Part shown: in pieces, positions 9,194-17,668 of the stretch
Position numbering within the stretch: position 1 is the stretch's first letter
Layout of the letters: the number at the start of each line of letters is the position of its first letter
Source: an uncultured Candidatus Saccharibacteria bacterium
GTDB lineage: Bacteria > Patescibacteriota > Minisyncoccia > Portnoybacterales > UBA2143
Length of the DNA stretch: 55,309 bases
Reading direction: 5' to 3'
Assembly: GCA_964596615.1 (NCBI GenBank)
Contig: CAZQUN010000006.1
Coordinates: 1 to 55,309, forward strand
Program-made: the position numbers and the translations under genes
The notes under the pieces: generated by a model
Told to the model about the DNA's origin: nothing
Database searches by the model: none
What the model saw: the letters and a program-made list of their open reading frames with translations, nothing else

Positions 9194-9269
9194 CAAGGAT
9201 ATAGCGTTCCCGGGTTTCTGTTCACAAGCACCGAGAAAGCTCGGAATCTTATTCAGGATTTAAAACTGG

Positions 9270-10436
9270 TTATAGGGCAGCCTTACTCATGATGGCATGA
9301 CGTGATTCCTGTTCCATTTGAAGACCGCATTCGGTCAAGTATTCATCTACTCGGCTATCTTCGCCTGGGGCCTGTCGATTAGTTAACAGCTTGGTATCTC
9401 GATTGCTCAAATAACAATAGGTTAAACCTTCCATATCTACCATGACAGCGTAATTGCCATAGGTCGTCCCAGCTAATAACGGATGCTTAATCATATGGAC
9501 AAGTCCGTGCGGTGAAATATAATCTATAATCTGCAATCCGTAGGCCTTGGCTTTATCTACCACCTGTAACTTTCCTTTGGCCCAACTATTTACCATTGAA
9601 ATCACGGCCGCTGCGGCAAAAAGATATTTTTCCACATTTCCGTGAGCAAAGGCGCTTTCTAACCAACTTTCAAATTCAGCCTCTGTATCCACATTAGCCG
9701 TAGCGTAACTGGAAATCTTATCTATAACTCCACCAGTAAATCTCTTGGGATGAGTTCCGCTGGTGTCTTCGGCTCTTTTGCCAAACATAAACGCCCTTTC
9801 AATATCCACCATATGCTCCACCGCTTTCTTCCTTCTCTGATAATCGAAGTCATTTTCTTTAGTCCATCCTTTAGTGTTTTTGGCGGTCTCAGTAATTCCA
9901 ATCGGGGTTCTGAAAATCTGACAGTAATTATACGGCTGGCTAATTGTGGTCGTCTTAATATCTCTCAATCCAGCACCTTCCTCGTTGACATTACCAATAA
10001 TCCAAACATCGCCTGTTGCGTCTGCGGCCGCTCCAGTTGCTCCGCCTTTTTCCGCTCCAACCGTTACGGTGTTAGCATCTACAATAGCCGTAACCTCAAA
10101 CACCCATTTCTGAAGCGCGACTAAAAGCACGTCTCCGACTTGGCAGTATTGACTTTGCCCCGTAATAGTGAGGTTTCCGCCATCTGGATCAAGCGTTCCC
10201 GAACCAGTTAACTTCCTTTTACCATACTCGTCCTCAAACCATTTAAATGTAGGGTCGGTCGTCTCTCTCTTCTTCATTGCCTTTCCTTGATTGGTTACCG
10301 GGTCTTTCCCAGCATTAGTCAGAATTCCTATCAGCGGATATCGATTTATGTCCAATAAAGAAATTACATCGGCTACATCATATTTCCGACTCACGCCTAA
10401 ATTACCAGTTCCTCTAATTCCTGTTGCTGAAGGCAT
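9270..10436 (-). CDS. Major capsid protein (HK97-fold expected)
   Basis: 388 aa, directly downstream of the acidic scaffold gene. Among the phage gene starts I examined, this is the only one with a clear SD (AAGGAG, 9 nt before the ATG). It is followed by a 180-nt structured untranslated region. Size and position are typical of a major capsid protein. Confidence 0.7.
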   Translation of the reverse strand: MPSATGIRGTGNLGVSRKYDVADVISLLDINRYPLIGILTNAGKDPVTNQGKAMKKRETTDPTFKWFEDEYGKRKLTGSGTLDPDGGNLTITGQSQYCQVGDVLLVALQKWVFEVTAIVDANTVTVGAEKGGATGAAADATGDVWIIGNVNEEGAGLRDIKTTTISQPYNYCQIFRTPIGITETAKNTKGWTKENDFDYQRRKKAVEHMVDIERAFMFGKRAEDTSGTHPKRFTGGVIDKISSYATANVDTEAEFESWLESAFAHGNVEKYLFAAAAVISMVNSWAKGKLQVVDKAKAYGLQIIDYISPHGLVHMIKHPLLAGTTYGNYAVMVDMEGLTYCYLSNRDTKLLTNRQAPGEDSRVDEYLTECGLQMEQESRHAIMSKAAL

Positions 10437-10574
10437 TTTTATTTTCTCCTTAAATTACTATTGAGAGATTCGACTAAATTCTCTCAAGAGTTTTTAGCCA
10501 CCAACTTGCGGAACTGTCTGCAGATTCACTGGCAGAGTTCTCGATTGGAGAGCAGGGCCACTGCTTCTCCCTTT

Positions 10575-11405
10575 TTATACTCCCAACCCACCAAGAGGCG
10601 AGTCCGACCCAGAAGGCTCAAGGGCTTTTTGAATTCTTTTAGTTTCCTTGCTCGGTTCCTTGGCGGGCGAAGACGGAGCTCCTGCTCCGCTTTCAACTTG
10701 AGCTTTTGCTTTTTTAAGACGACTCTTTTCTTTTTCAGAAATTTCTTCTTCGCCCTTTTCCTTACCAGCAAAAGCATCAACTTTCTGACAAGCTTCTTTT
10801 AAAGGCATTGCCTTGCCCTTAGACGCTGAAGCGTCTATTACGGCCAGGACTAATTCTCGATACTCTGGATTGGTTTTAAGAAGAGGGTGGTCTTTTTGAG
10901 CTTCTCTGATTTCCTTGGCTACTGCATCTCTGGCAGCGCTTTTTTCTTCGTAGGTCTTGCTGACTTTCTCATCAATTTTATCTAATATCCAGATAGCGAA
11001 TTTTCTGGGAGTCATTTTCGCCATTTCCTCATCAGCCGGGAGCTCTATCTCTTCTTGACTCTCTTCTTCCTTTTCTTCTTTTTCTTCTTCTTCCTCGCTG
11101 CCTCCTTCGCCTTTAAGCTTTTCTTCTAATTCTTTATTTTTCTTTTCTATATCTTCGTGAGCTTTAATGACCTCTTCTCTGCTTTTGCCGTGCCATCTAT
11201 CCTTTTTAGGAGCCTCGCCTTCTTTTTCTCCACCCTCTTCCTTGTCCTCTTCGCTTTCCTCATTTTCCTCTTCTTCGGTTTCTTCGGTTTCTTCTTTATT
11301 TTCTTCGGTCTCTTTTTCTGGATTCTCTTCGTTTTCATCTATTTCTTCCTCATCTTCAGATGGAGTGTTGAGGAGACGATCAAGTTCCTTTGTTTCTTTT
11401 GGCAT
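10575..11405 (-). CDS. Scaffolding protein (highly acidic)
   Basis: 276 aa with long Glu-rich low-complexity tracts (EEEIDENEENPEKETEENKEETEETEEEENEESEEDKEE) and a helical remainder. It lies between the portal-side genes and the capsid gene. Confidence 0.65.
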   Translation of the reverse strand: MPKETKELDRLLNTPSEDEEEIDENEENPEKETEENKEETEETEEEENEESEEDKEEGGEKEGEAPKKDRWHGKSREEVIKAHEDIEKKNKELEEKLKGEGGSEEEEEKEEKEEESQEEIELPADEEMAKMTPRKFAIWILDKIDEKVSKTYEEKSAARDAVAKEIREAQKDHPLLKTNPEYRELVLAVIDASASKGKAMPLKEACQKVDAFAGKEKGEEEISEKEKSRLKKAKAQVESGAGAPSSPAKEPSKETKRIQKALEPSGSDSPLGGLGV

Positions 11406-11438
11406 AATTCAATTATTTTTAGTTATTTAAATTAGGGT

Positions 11439-11447
11439 TCGACCTTT
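11439..11447 (-). promoter_or_regulatory. AAAGGTCGA motif copy, 34 nt upstream of the scaffold start and overlapping the upstream TAA stop
   Basis: Exact 9-mer, followed after 6 nt by ATTTAAAT. Confidence 0.6.
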
Positions 11448-11661
11448 ATCCCAATTTTTTTCTAAATTCTTTACTTCTGATTATTGCCACCTTACAAATT
11501 TTAATGGCTGCTTGCTCTTTAGTTTCTTTCTTGTTCTTCGACTTAAAATCAGGATCAGCCATTAAATCACTGACGCAATTTTCAATTCTGCGGTCTATTT
11601 CCTGACCTGTCTTGGTTTTTTGCTCCCATTTTTTAGTTTTGCCTTTAATTCCATATGGCAT
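11446..11661 (-). CDS. Small phage protein, unknown
   Basis: 71-aa ORF with an ATG start. Its stop codon overlaps an AAAGGTCGA motif. Confidence 0.55.
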   Translation of the reverse strand: MPYGIKGKTKKWEQKTKTGQEIDRRIENCVSDLMADPDFKSKNKKETKEQAAIKICKVAIIRSKEFRKKLG

Positions 11662-11662
11662 G

Positions 11663-11917
11663 TTATTTTTCTCTCATGGCTTCGGCTGCCTCTTCTTTTC
11701 CCTGAAGAGTAATCTCTACCATATTGAGGATTTTTTTATAAACCCTGATGGATTCTCTGTGTTGAATATATTGCTCTGGTTCACAATCTAAAATCTCGTT
11801 GATTTCTATTTCAATTTCTTTTTCAATCCAAGCTTTAATGACTTGCCAGCCTTTTGTTCTAATCATTTCCAAAATGGCTAATCCTTCTTCAAATTTTTCT
11901 TCGTTTGTCTCGGGCAT
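11663..11917 (-). CDS. Small phage protein, unknown
   Basis: 84-aa ORF with an ATG start and 1-2 nt spacing to its neighbours. Confidence 0.55.
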   Translation of the reverse strand: MPETNEEKFEEGLAILEMIRTKGWQVIKAWIEKEIEIEINEILDCEPEQYIQHRESIRVYKKILNMVEITLQGKEEAAEAMREK

Positions 11918-11919
11918 AA

Positions 11920-12213
11920 TTACTCGTCAATTGCTATTGCTTCTTCTCCTTCAATCCCAAGTCCGCCTAACTTAAATTCACCTTCTTTGATCTTCTGCAA
12001 GACCTCTATCAAATCACCGATCGCTTTTTCAAAACTCACTGTTTTTTCTGTATCTCTTGGCTCGAAACTTCCTATATAGGCTTGCCGGGCCACCCGAACA
12101 GCATCGTCCACCGTATTCCATCTCTTTTGCTTGTTTTCTCTGGATTGGTCTTTTTTAAACTTATCCAAGACAACATTCCCTTTTGTTTGATTTTCGTCTT
12201 TTTTTTCAGACAT
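11920..12213 (-). CDS. Small phage protein, unknown
   Basis: 97-aa ORF with an ATG start. An AAAGGTCGA motif lies 25 nt upstream. Confidence 0.55.
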   Translation of the reverse strand: MSEKKDENQTKGNVVLDKFKKDQSRENKQKRWNTVDDAVRVARQAYIGSFEPRDTEKTVSFEKAIGDLIEVLQKIKEGEFKLGGLGIEGEEAIAIDE

Positions 12214-12237
12214 GATTTTGAATAATAATTTAATTAT

Positions 12238-12246
12238 TCGACCTTT
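12238..12246 (-). promoter_or_regulatory. AAAGGTCGA motif copy, 25 nt upstream of the 12213 start and overlapping the upstream TAA stop
   Basis: Exact 9-mer, followed after 3 nt by ATTAAAT. Confidence 0.6.
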
Positions 12247-12677
12247 TACGAATTATCTATATCGTCTGCGCTTAAACGCGGGAAAGGTTTGACAGCATTC
12301 CATAAAATAAAGACTCCAAAGCATTCGACCGTCGGAGTCGTTCCGCCAGCCGTTGTCACCACTATCCTTAAATATCTTTTCATTCTCCTAATCTCCATGG
12401 TGTAGCTATGGTCTTGGGCTATAGTTATCTCTGCCCCGCCATCTGCCACACTGGCGCTTCCAAACGCGCTATCATCATCCTCTTCAATTTTTACCTTTAC
12501 CGATGTTGGAGTTCCAGTGATATTTCCGATTTCTATAAAAGCTAAAGCAGTATCAAAGGCAAAACCATCGGTCAGGTAAGTATCAACCGCATTCCCATCC
12601 AACGAACCAGTACTGGGAATTATTTGAATTGGAATGCTAATTGATTTTGAAAAATTTTGTCTTAATTCTTTTGGCAT
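12246..12677 (-). CDS. Phage head-module protein, unknown (beta-rich)
   Basis: 143-aa ORF immediately after the portal gene. An AAAGGTCGA motif lies 26 nt upstream. Confidence 0.55.
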   Translation of the reverse strand: MPKELRQNFSKSISIPIQIIPSTGSLDGNAVDTYLTDGFAFDTALAFIEIGNITGTPTSVKVKIEEDDDSAFGSASVADGGAEITIAQDHSYTMEIRRMKRYLRIVVTTAGGTTPTVECFGVFILWNAVKPFPRLSADDIDNS

Positions 12678-12702
12678 TTTGTTATCTTATTAAATGAATT
12701 CG

Positions 12703-12711
12703 TCGACCTTT
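12703..12711 (-). promoter_or_regulatory. AAAGGTCGA motif copy, 26 nt upstream of the 12677 start and 1 nt after the portal stop
   Basis: Exact 9-mer, followed after 7 nt by ATTTAAT. Confidence 0.6.
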
Positions 12712-12712
12712 A

Positions 12713-14623
12713 TTATCCCATCTTCCGCAAAAGAGGAATTCTATTTATTATCCGCCTCATAATCCCTGGTGATTGAACCGGCGGCTTTACTCCTATTGAA
12801 GGACTAACTTCTGGCAATTCCGTTGGCACAACTTGCTCGATTTCTTCTTTTTTAATCTCTTTTTCTTTTTTAGGCGTAATTTCTTCTTCCTCTTTGCCAA
12901 GCAAAACCTCTTCATAAGCTTCTTTGCCTAACTCTTCTAATAGCATTTTTTGTAATTCTCTCTTTCTCTTTTGCCACTGTCTTACCTCTTTTTCGTTATT
13001 TGGGTCTGGCTTATCTTCGGCTACAAATTTGTCGTAGAGCAGAATGGTTTGATTTAGCCTAGTTTCTCTGTCTGGCGGAATAACTGGTTCGACATCCACA
13101 ATAGCGTCTACTTTTATCTCTTTGTCCTTTTTATTAAATTCTTTAAAGCTCGTTTTATCTCCCACGATTCGGTAATATTTATCTTCAGTAATAAATTCTT
13201 CGTTTAATTGAATGAGAATATTGGCTAATTGAGTTAGGGCCTCTGCCACAATAGAAGCATTCAAGTTTAATCTTAGATTGCCCTGGCCCAAAAGAGTTTT
13301 GATCTTCTCTGCCGGCTCTTGCTTACTCTTGGGGACGCCCTGCATATATTCACTTAACGCCAATGTCCTTTCTATTTCGTTTCTCATCAACTGGTCTTCA
13401 GTAATTCCTATGGCGCTAATTTCTGGTGGCCTTTCTATAACTACATCATCATGCCGTCTCAATTCCCATTTCGCTCCAGGAGCAAAAATAATGTCGTTCT
13501 TTGAAATACCAGCATCCTTGCGTATTTTAGTAACCGGGTCGAGCATCAGAATGACATCATCCATTCTTTGATTTCTTAAATCCGCAATCTCAAGAATAGT
13601 AGTTTCTACCGGCTCTATATGCCCCATAGCCCATAATTCCCAGTTAAGTGGATGGTCAGGCAAATCTATGAATATTCTGCCGTTATTTATATTTTGATAG
13701 GGATTTTCATCGTTCCTAATCAGTACCTCTTCATTGGCAATAACTATTAATTTACCTTCTTCGTAATCCCAAATTTCCCAAAGTTCCACTTGCTGCTCAT
13801 ACTCTGATTTTTCTGCTAAGGCCTCTCCTTCTTCTTTGTTATCGCTGCCTGCAATTTGTCCCATCTTCTTAGTATTGATTTCGTATCGCTCTTTTTTCCA
13901 ATCCTCTACCTTTTTCGGTTTGACGCATTCTAAGTTCTTATAAAGCTTACCGCTCTGAACCTCGCCATTTTCATCTTCAGCTTTAACTATCTCTCGCGCT
14001 TTTTCTTCTTTCTCAATCTGCTCTTTGGTTTTTACAATCCTATGAATTAACCAAGGACAATCTTCTTGTAGGTCGGTAGTTTCTGGAGCCGGCAGGATAT
14101 CCCATAAATCTACGACTTGAAGGTTTGGATCGTCATATTTGTTTTTCTCTGCTTCTTTACTCTTGGTTCCTTTATCATTGTCAGTTCGCCAAGTCACTTT
14201 AGCTATTCCATTGCCATAAAGTCCTGATGAATTTAGCCATCGCGGCAATTTCTTTTTCAGCTTAATAATGTCAAAGTCGTAATTAACTAAATCGTCCCAA
14301 GAATCAATTGATTCTGATTCCACGTCGTCTTTATTTCTTGGTAGAATTCTTACCTTTCTTTTAGCCGTAGCCAATCTCGAGACCACAGTTTCTACAATCT
14401 CAAAAGCAATTGCAGGCATCAGTCTTGTCTGATAAGCGTAATTTTCTTTACTCTGATAAGCCCGATAGAGCTTATACATCCGCAGCCATTTAGCTTGAAA
14501 TGGGTCCCTAAATTCTTTTGCTCGCTTAAATCTCTTTTTCCACTTCTCTATTAATTCTTTTTCCTCGGTTGAGGGTCTATACTCGGTGACTGTTTTTTGT
14601 TCGGTTTTTGTTTCTTCTGCCAT
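12713..14623 (-). CDS. Portal protein (putative)
   Basis: 636 aa from the ATG at 14623; an alternative ATG at 14686 lies inside a hairpin. It is the largest head-module protein and sits between the terminase and scaffold genes, with an acidic C-terminus. No motif-level support was found. Confidence 0.55.
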   Translation of the reverse strand: MAEETKTEQKTVTEYRPSTEEKELIEKWKKRFKRAKEFRDPFQAKWLRMYKLYRAYQSKENYAYQTRLMPAIAFEIVETVVSRLATAKRKVRILPRNKDDVESESIDSWDDLVNYDFDIIKLKKKLPRWLNSSGLYGNGIAKVTWRTDNDKGTKSKEAEKNKYDDPNLQVVDLWDILPAPETTDLQEDCPWLIHRIVKTKEQIEKEEKAREIVKAEDENGEVQSGKLYKNLECVKPKKVEDWKKERYEINTKKMGQIAGSDNKEEGEALAEKSEYEQQVELWEIWDYEEGKLIVIANEEVLIRNDENPYQNINNGRIFIDLPDHPLNWELWAMGHIEPVETTILEIADLRNQRMDDVILMLDPVTKIRKDAGISKNDIIFAPGAKWELRRHDDVVIERPPEISAIGITEDQLMRNEIERTLALSEYMQGVPKSKQEPAEKIKTLLGQGNLRLNLNASIVAEALTQLANILIQLNEEFITEDKYYRIVGDKTSFKEFNKKDKEIKVDAIVDVEPVIPPDRETRLNQTILLYDKFVAEDKPDPNNEKEVRQWQKRKRELQKMLLEELGKEAYEEVLLGKEEEEITPKKEKEIKKEEIEQVVPTELPEVSPSIGVKPPVQSPGIMRRIINRIPLLRKMG

Positions 14624-14630
14624 CAAAATA

Positions 14631-14695
14631 AAGCCGAGCCCTGTTAAAGGCTCGGCTTCTTCCTTAATGGAGCATCGCTGAACCATTAAAGGAAG
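14631..14695 (-). terminator. Tandem hairpins immediately upstream of the portal ATG; the proximal one is terminator-like
   Basis: CTTCCTTAATGG (14659-14670) pairs with CCATTAAAGGAAG (14683-14695). AAGCCGAGCC (14631-14640) pairs with GGCTCGGCTT (14649-14658), and on the minus strand this hairpin is followed by UUAUUUUG-AUG. Confidence 0.5.
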
Positions 14696-14880
14696 AAACT
14701 AAACCCTTAAAAGGCCTGCGATGCTTTTCTTAAATTTTAATTATCCAAATAAAAACAGGGCCACAATCTCAATTCTTGACTCCTTAGAATTCTCTCTTTC
14801 TATTTTTTGGAATTCTTTAGATTCAAGGACTAAGATTATAGCCCCGTTATTTTATATTTCTATCTTGCTATTCTACTTTT

Positions 14881-14910
14881 ATTTTAACGTTCCTTAAAAA
14901 CAGATGTCAA
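14881..14910 (-). promoter_or_regulatory. Candidate sigma-70-type promoter upstream of the portal/structural operon
   Basis: The minus strand reads TTGACA (14905-14910), then 18 nt, then TAAAAT (14881-14886). Confidence 0.45.
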
Positions 14911-14915
14911 GGCTT

Positions 14916-16043
14916 TTATTCGGAGGTTAAATATCTTTTGATATTTTCTTTATGCCCTTCATAGGTTCTAGCACAGTGGATTTGTTTATTTTGATCATGT
15001 AGATAATACAAACAATCCGTTTCAGCTGAATTTAACACAGCGTCAATGGCGTCTATCCCCGGGTTGGCAATCGGATGAGGCGGAAGCCCCTTGTAAAGAT
15101 AGGTGTTGTATTCTGAATCAATCTGTTTATCTTCTATTGAAATCGGCTTCCACCAAGTTTCGATTCCTTTATAATATCCTTTCCGCATATAACAATTATC
15201 TTTTTCTTCTTCGCAATTACATTGCCACTGCTCCTGGTTGCCCGGACTATGACAAACATCATCAAAGGCAAGTTCACTGTCCCGTGCGTATTGAAGGGTA
15301 GCATCAATTTCTAACTTCATGCCACTAAGCAATCTGTTCCAAATAATACCTGCGATCAAAGGCATATCATTTTTGCCAGCCGCTTCTCTTTGAATGATTG
15401 AAGCGATTTTTAAAGCAGTGGTCCATTTAACATTTTCTTCAAGAAGCTTGTCAGAATAGACTACGAATTTTTCATTGAACTTATTGATAAATCTCTGAGC
15501 GATTTCTAACCCGGTCTCGTCTACTGGAATGAGATAGGTATCAGGAAAATAGACTCCCTCAAGGTAATCATATTCCATAGCGGTGAATTTCGTAACCCAG
15601 TCGCTTTTTTGTTGTTTATTCCAATCTAATGCTTGGGACAGAATTTCGGCAATTTCTTCTTTTCTCAATCCTTCGGGAATCACAACCCACTTCATATAAG
15701 GACCTCTTTTAAATACTTTAGCAATTTGCCAAACACTCATCGACTTAGAAATCTTATAGGCGCCGGGTGAAATACAATCAACACAGACTGAACTCATTCC
15801 TTTTAATCCAAGTAGAGCGATATGGAAACCTTTTTCGTTCTTAATGAATCCTTGCTCTCTCAATTGCTCTGCTATTTCTCTTGAATCGTCGTTGCCAATG
15901 ACGACTGTAAATTGTTCGAGTTCTGCCTTGCTTTCTGGGGCTGAAAATAAGGATTGATAAAATAAAGCAAAAGCGACAAGCCCTATCATTAAGATTGTTA
16001 TACCGATAATTGCGATTTTTCTATTAATAACCATTACTACCAT
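14916..16043 (-). CDS. mltG: MltG/YceG-like endolytic murein transglycosylase with an N-terminal TM anchor, phage-borne
   Basis: YceG family blocks are present: YFPDTYLIP, ASIIQREA (catalytic Glu context), IAGIIWNRL, MKLEIDATLQYA, YNTYLYKGLPPHPIANPG, YYLHD. The track start at 16088 is a TTG abutting a terminator, so the ATG at 16043 is preferred. Confidence 0.8.
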   Translation of the reverse strand: MVVMVINRKIAIIGITILMIGLVAFALFYQSLFSAPESKAELEQFTVVIGNDDSREIAEQLREQGFIKNEKGFHIALLGLKGMSSVCVDCISPGAYKISKSMSVWQIAKVFKRGPYMKWVVIPEGLRKEEIAEILSQALDWNKQQKSDWVTKFTAMEYDYLEGVYFPDTYLIPVDETGLEIAQRFINKFNEKFVVYSDKLLEENVKWTTALKIASIIQREAAGKNDMPLIAGIIWNRLLSGMKLEIDATLQYARDSELAFDDVCHSPGNQEQWQCNCEEEKDNCYMRKGYYKGIETWWKPISIEDKQIDSEYNTYLYKGLPPHPIANPGIDAIDAVLNSAETDCLYYLHDQNKQIHCARTYEGHKENIKRYLTSE

Positions 16044-16090
16044 TATCTTTTGGTGACCAAACAAAGTCAAGACTTTTGGCTCTAGCAAGC

Positions 16091-16118
16091 AAAAATCTCT
16101 GGATTGGCAGAGATTTTT
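16091..16118 (-). terminator. Rho-independent terminator after the 16142-16663 gene
   Basis: The minus strand reads AAAAATCTCTG-CCAATC-CAGAGATTTTT. A perfect 24-nt palindrome, CCTGACTAATTTAAATTAGTCAGG (16127-16150), lies next to it. Confidence 0.65.
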
Positions 16119-16141
16119 AGGGATTTCCTGACTAATTTAAA

Positions 16142-16663
16142 TTAGTCAGGACAGGTGACAGCCCAGGCGTCTAAATCAACGTGGTGACTATATTTGCTTT
16201 CATTACTAGTCCAATCGGAAAGTTTGAATCCATCATCCCAATCCCAATCAACTGTCGACATATATGCCCAACCATAAGTATTATACTGGTCCACAACTCC
16301 TATACATAAATAGTCGCTGAGCCCCCAACGATAGTAATGAGCATAACTGGTTTGATAGCCATCTGGAGAAGGAATATAGGCTGCTGAAGATACATTGCCC
16401 GGATCATCAAAAGTGCTGTAACCACATAACTGGTAATGAGGAGCGGTCAACATCCACGATTCTTCACCTCCTAAGCTTGTCGTATTCCAAGTATAATAAC
16501 TCTCATCGCATAAACGATAGGTGGGATAGAAACTTCCCCACCAACCGCTCAAGCCCCCTTCAGTTGTACAAGCAGAAAACCAATAAGCATCAGCTATCCC
16601 AACTCCTGCCAACAAAATCCCTACAGCTACTAATGGAAATAATGCAATTTTTATTTTTTCCAT
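16142..16663 (-). CDS. Secreted Trp/Tyr/Asp-rich, Cys-containing protein, unknown
   Basis: The N-terminus looks like a signal peptide (MEKIKIALFPLVAVGILLAGVGIADA). The mature part is aromatic-rich with 6 Cys. The gene is followed by a terminator. Confidence 0.6.
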   Translation of the reverse strand: MEKIKIALFPLVAVGILLAGVGIADAYWFSACTTEGGLSGWWGSFYPTYRLCDESYYTWNTTSLGGEESWMLTAPHYQLCGYSTFDDPGNVSSAAYIPSPDGYQTSYAHYYRWGLSDYLCIGVVDQYNTYGWAYMSTVDWDWDDGFKLSDWTSNESKYSHHVDLDAWAVTCPD

Positions 16664-17466
16664 AATAATTTTACTTTGCTGTAGTGGATTATATCGCCAG
16701 TTACTTTGTCTACTAACACTCTCGCCTCATTATCACCATAAACAAACCCTATACCAGCTTCCCCAATTGATTCTACCGCAACCTGCCCTTCAAGACCCTG
16801 TGCCTCTTCTTGATCAAAAAGCTTGTTAATAACCTCATCAGCAACATCTCGACTTTGGACTTCGTCAAAGGCTAAACTTGCTTTTTGCCCACCATTAAAA
16901 TACGGATAAGCCTGCTCCCATTTTTGTCTCAAGTTGCTGGTTATACCAATCTGCTTATTAACCAATTCACCGTCGACAAAATTGTATTGAGAACCCTTCT
17001 CGTCTGTATAAGCCCCGATTATTGAATTGAAGCTAATTTCCCCTTCCGTACCAAACACTCTTCTAATCTCGGCTATGTCTTTTTCTTGTTGTGTTATTTG
17101 AGGAGTACGAAGAGATTGAGCTTCAATATCTTCATCAATTCGTGCTTTTGTATCAGTTAAATCCCCTAACCTTGTAGGTGGGACTACAAGCGTATATCCT
17201 CGGTAATCCAATATCTGCACATCCTCTTTTGCATATACCTTTTCATAATCGGGCAGGACAGCGGCAACTTCGGCTTCAAGGCTTGGAGGAAATATCCCAA
17301 TACGATTTACGGCTTGTTGATCTTCGGCAACTTCAGGCTTCATCTCTTGCTTCAGGGCTACTTCGTCTCCCTTAGTAAGCCCCTTCATGGCTTGAACGCC
17401 CAATGTTCCCGCTAAGGCAAGTCCTAAAAGCGCAATTCCGATGATTAAGTAACTCTTTTTTGTCAT
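16651..17466 (-). CDS. Secreted/anchored protein, unknown
   Basis: The N-terminus is hydrophobic (KKSYLIIGIALLGLALAGTLGVQA). 271 aa with an ATG start. Confidence 0.6.
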   Translation of the reverse strand: MTKKSYLIIGIALLGLALAGTLGVQAMKGLTKGDEVALKQEMKPEVAEDQQAVNRIGIFPPSLEAEVAAVLPDYEKVYAKEDVQILDYRGYTLVVPPTRLGDLTDTKARIDEDIEAQSLRTPQITQQEKDIAEIRRVFGTEGEISFNSIIGAYTDEKGSQYNFVDGELVNKQIGITSNLRQKWEQAYPYFNGGQKASLAFDEVQSRDVADEVINKLFDQEEAQGLEGQVAVESIGEAGIGFVYGDNEARVLVDKVTGDIIHYSKVKLLWKK

Positions 17467-17499
17467 AATCCATCTATTAATTTATTTTATTCTTTTTCC

Positions 17500-17570
17500 T
17501 TATCCTCCCGACCTTTGCCTCTTGTGTGCTGGTCGTTGCGCCAATCCACAAGCCAACGAGACGAGGATAA
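17500..17570 (-). ncRNA. Structured intergenic element between terL and the cargo genes
   Basis: The closing stem is TTATCCTC (17500-17507) with GAGGATAA (17563-17570). Inside, two helices interleave: CTTGTG (17521-17526) with CACAAG (17547-17552), and TCGTTG (17533-17538) with CAACGA (17554-17559). Confidence 0.4.
17508..17516 (-). promoter_or_regulatory. Variant motif AAAGGTCGG, 42 nt upstream of the 17466 start
   Basis: One mismatch. It is embedded in the 17500-17570 structured element. Confidence 0.4.
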
Positions 17571-17668
17571 CATTTCTCTCGTTTTCTCGCAGTCAACATT
17601 ATTACCAGCATACTCTTTTCAAGTCAAATTAAATTAAAATAAAAATAACGAAAATATAAAAAATTTCT

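Noticed and set aside
10461-11435. Alternative-frame ORFs inside or opposite the scaffold gene (10461-10802 +, 10526-10780 -, 11147-11338 -, 11157-11435 +, 11167-11430 +)
   Set aside because: They are artefacts of the GAA/AAG-rich repeat composition of the acidic scaffold gene. Their translations are poly-K, poly-S or poly-F strings.
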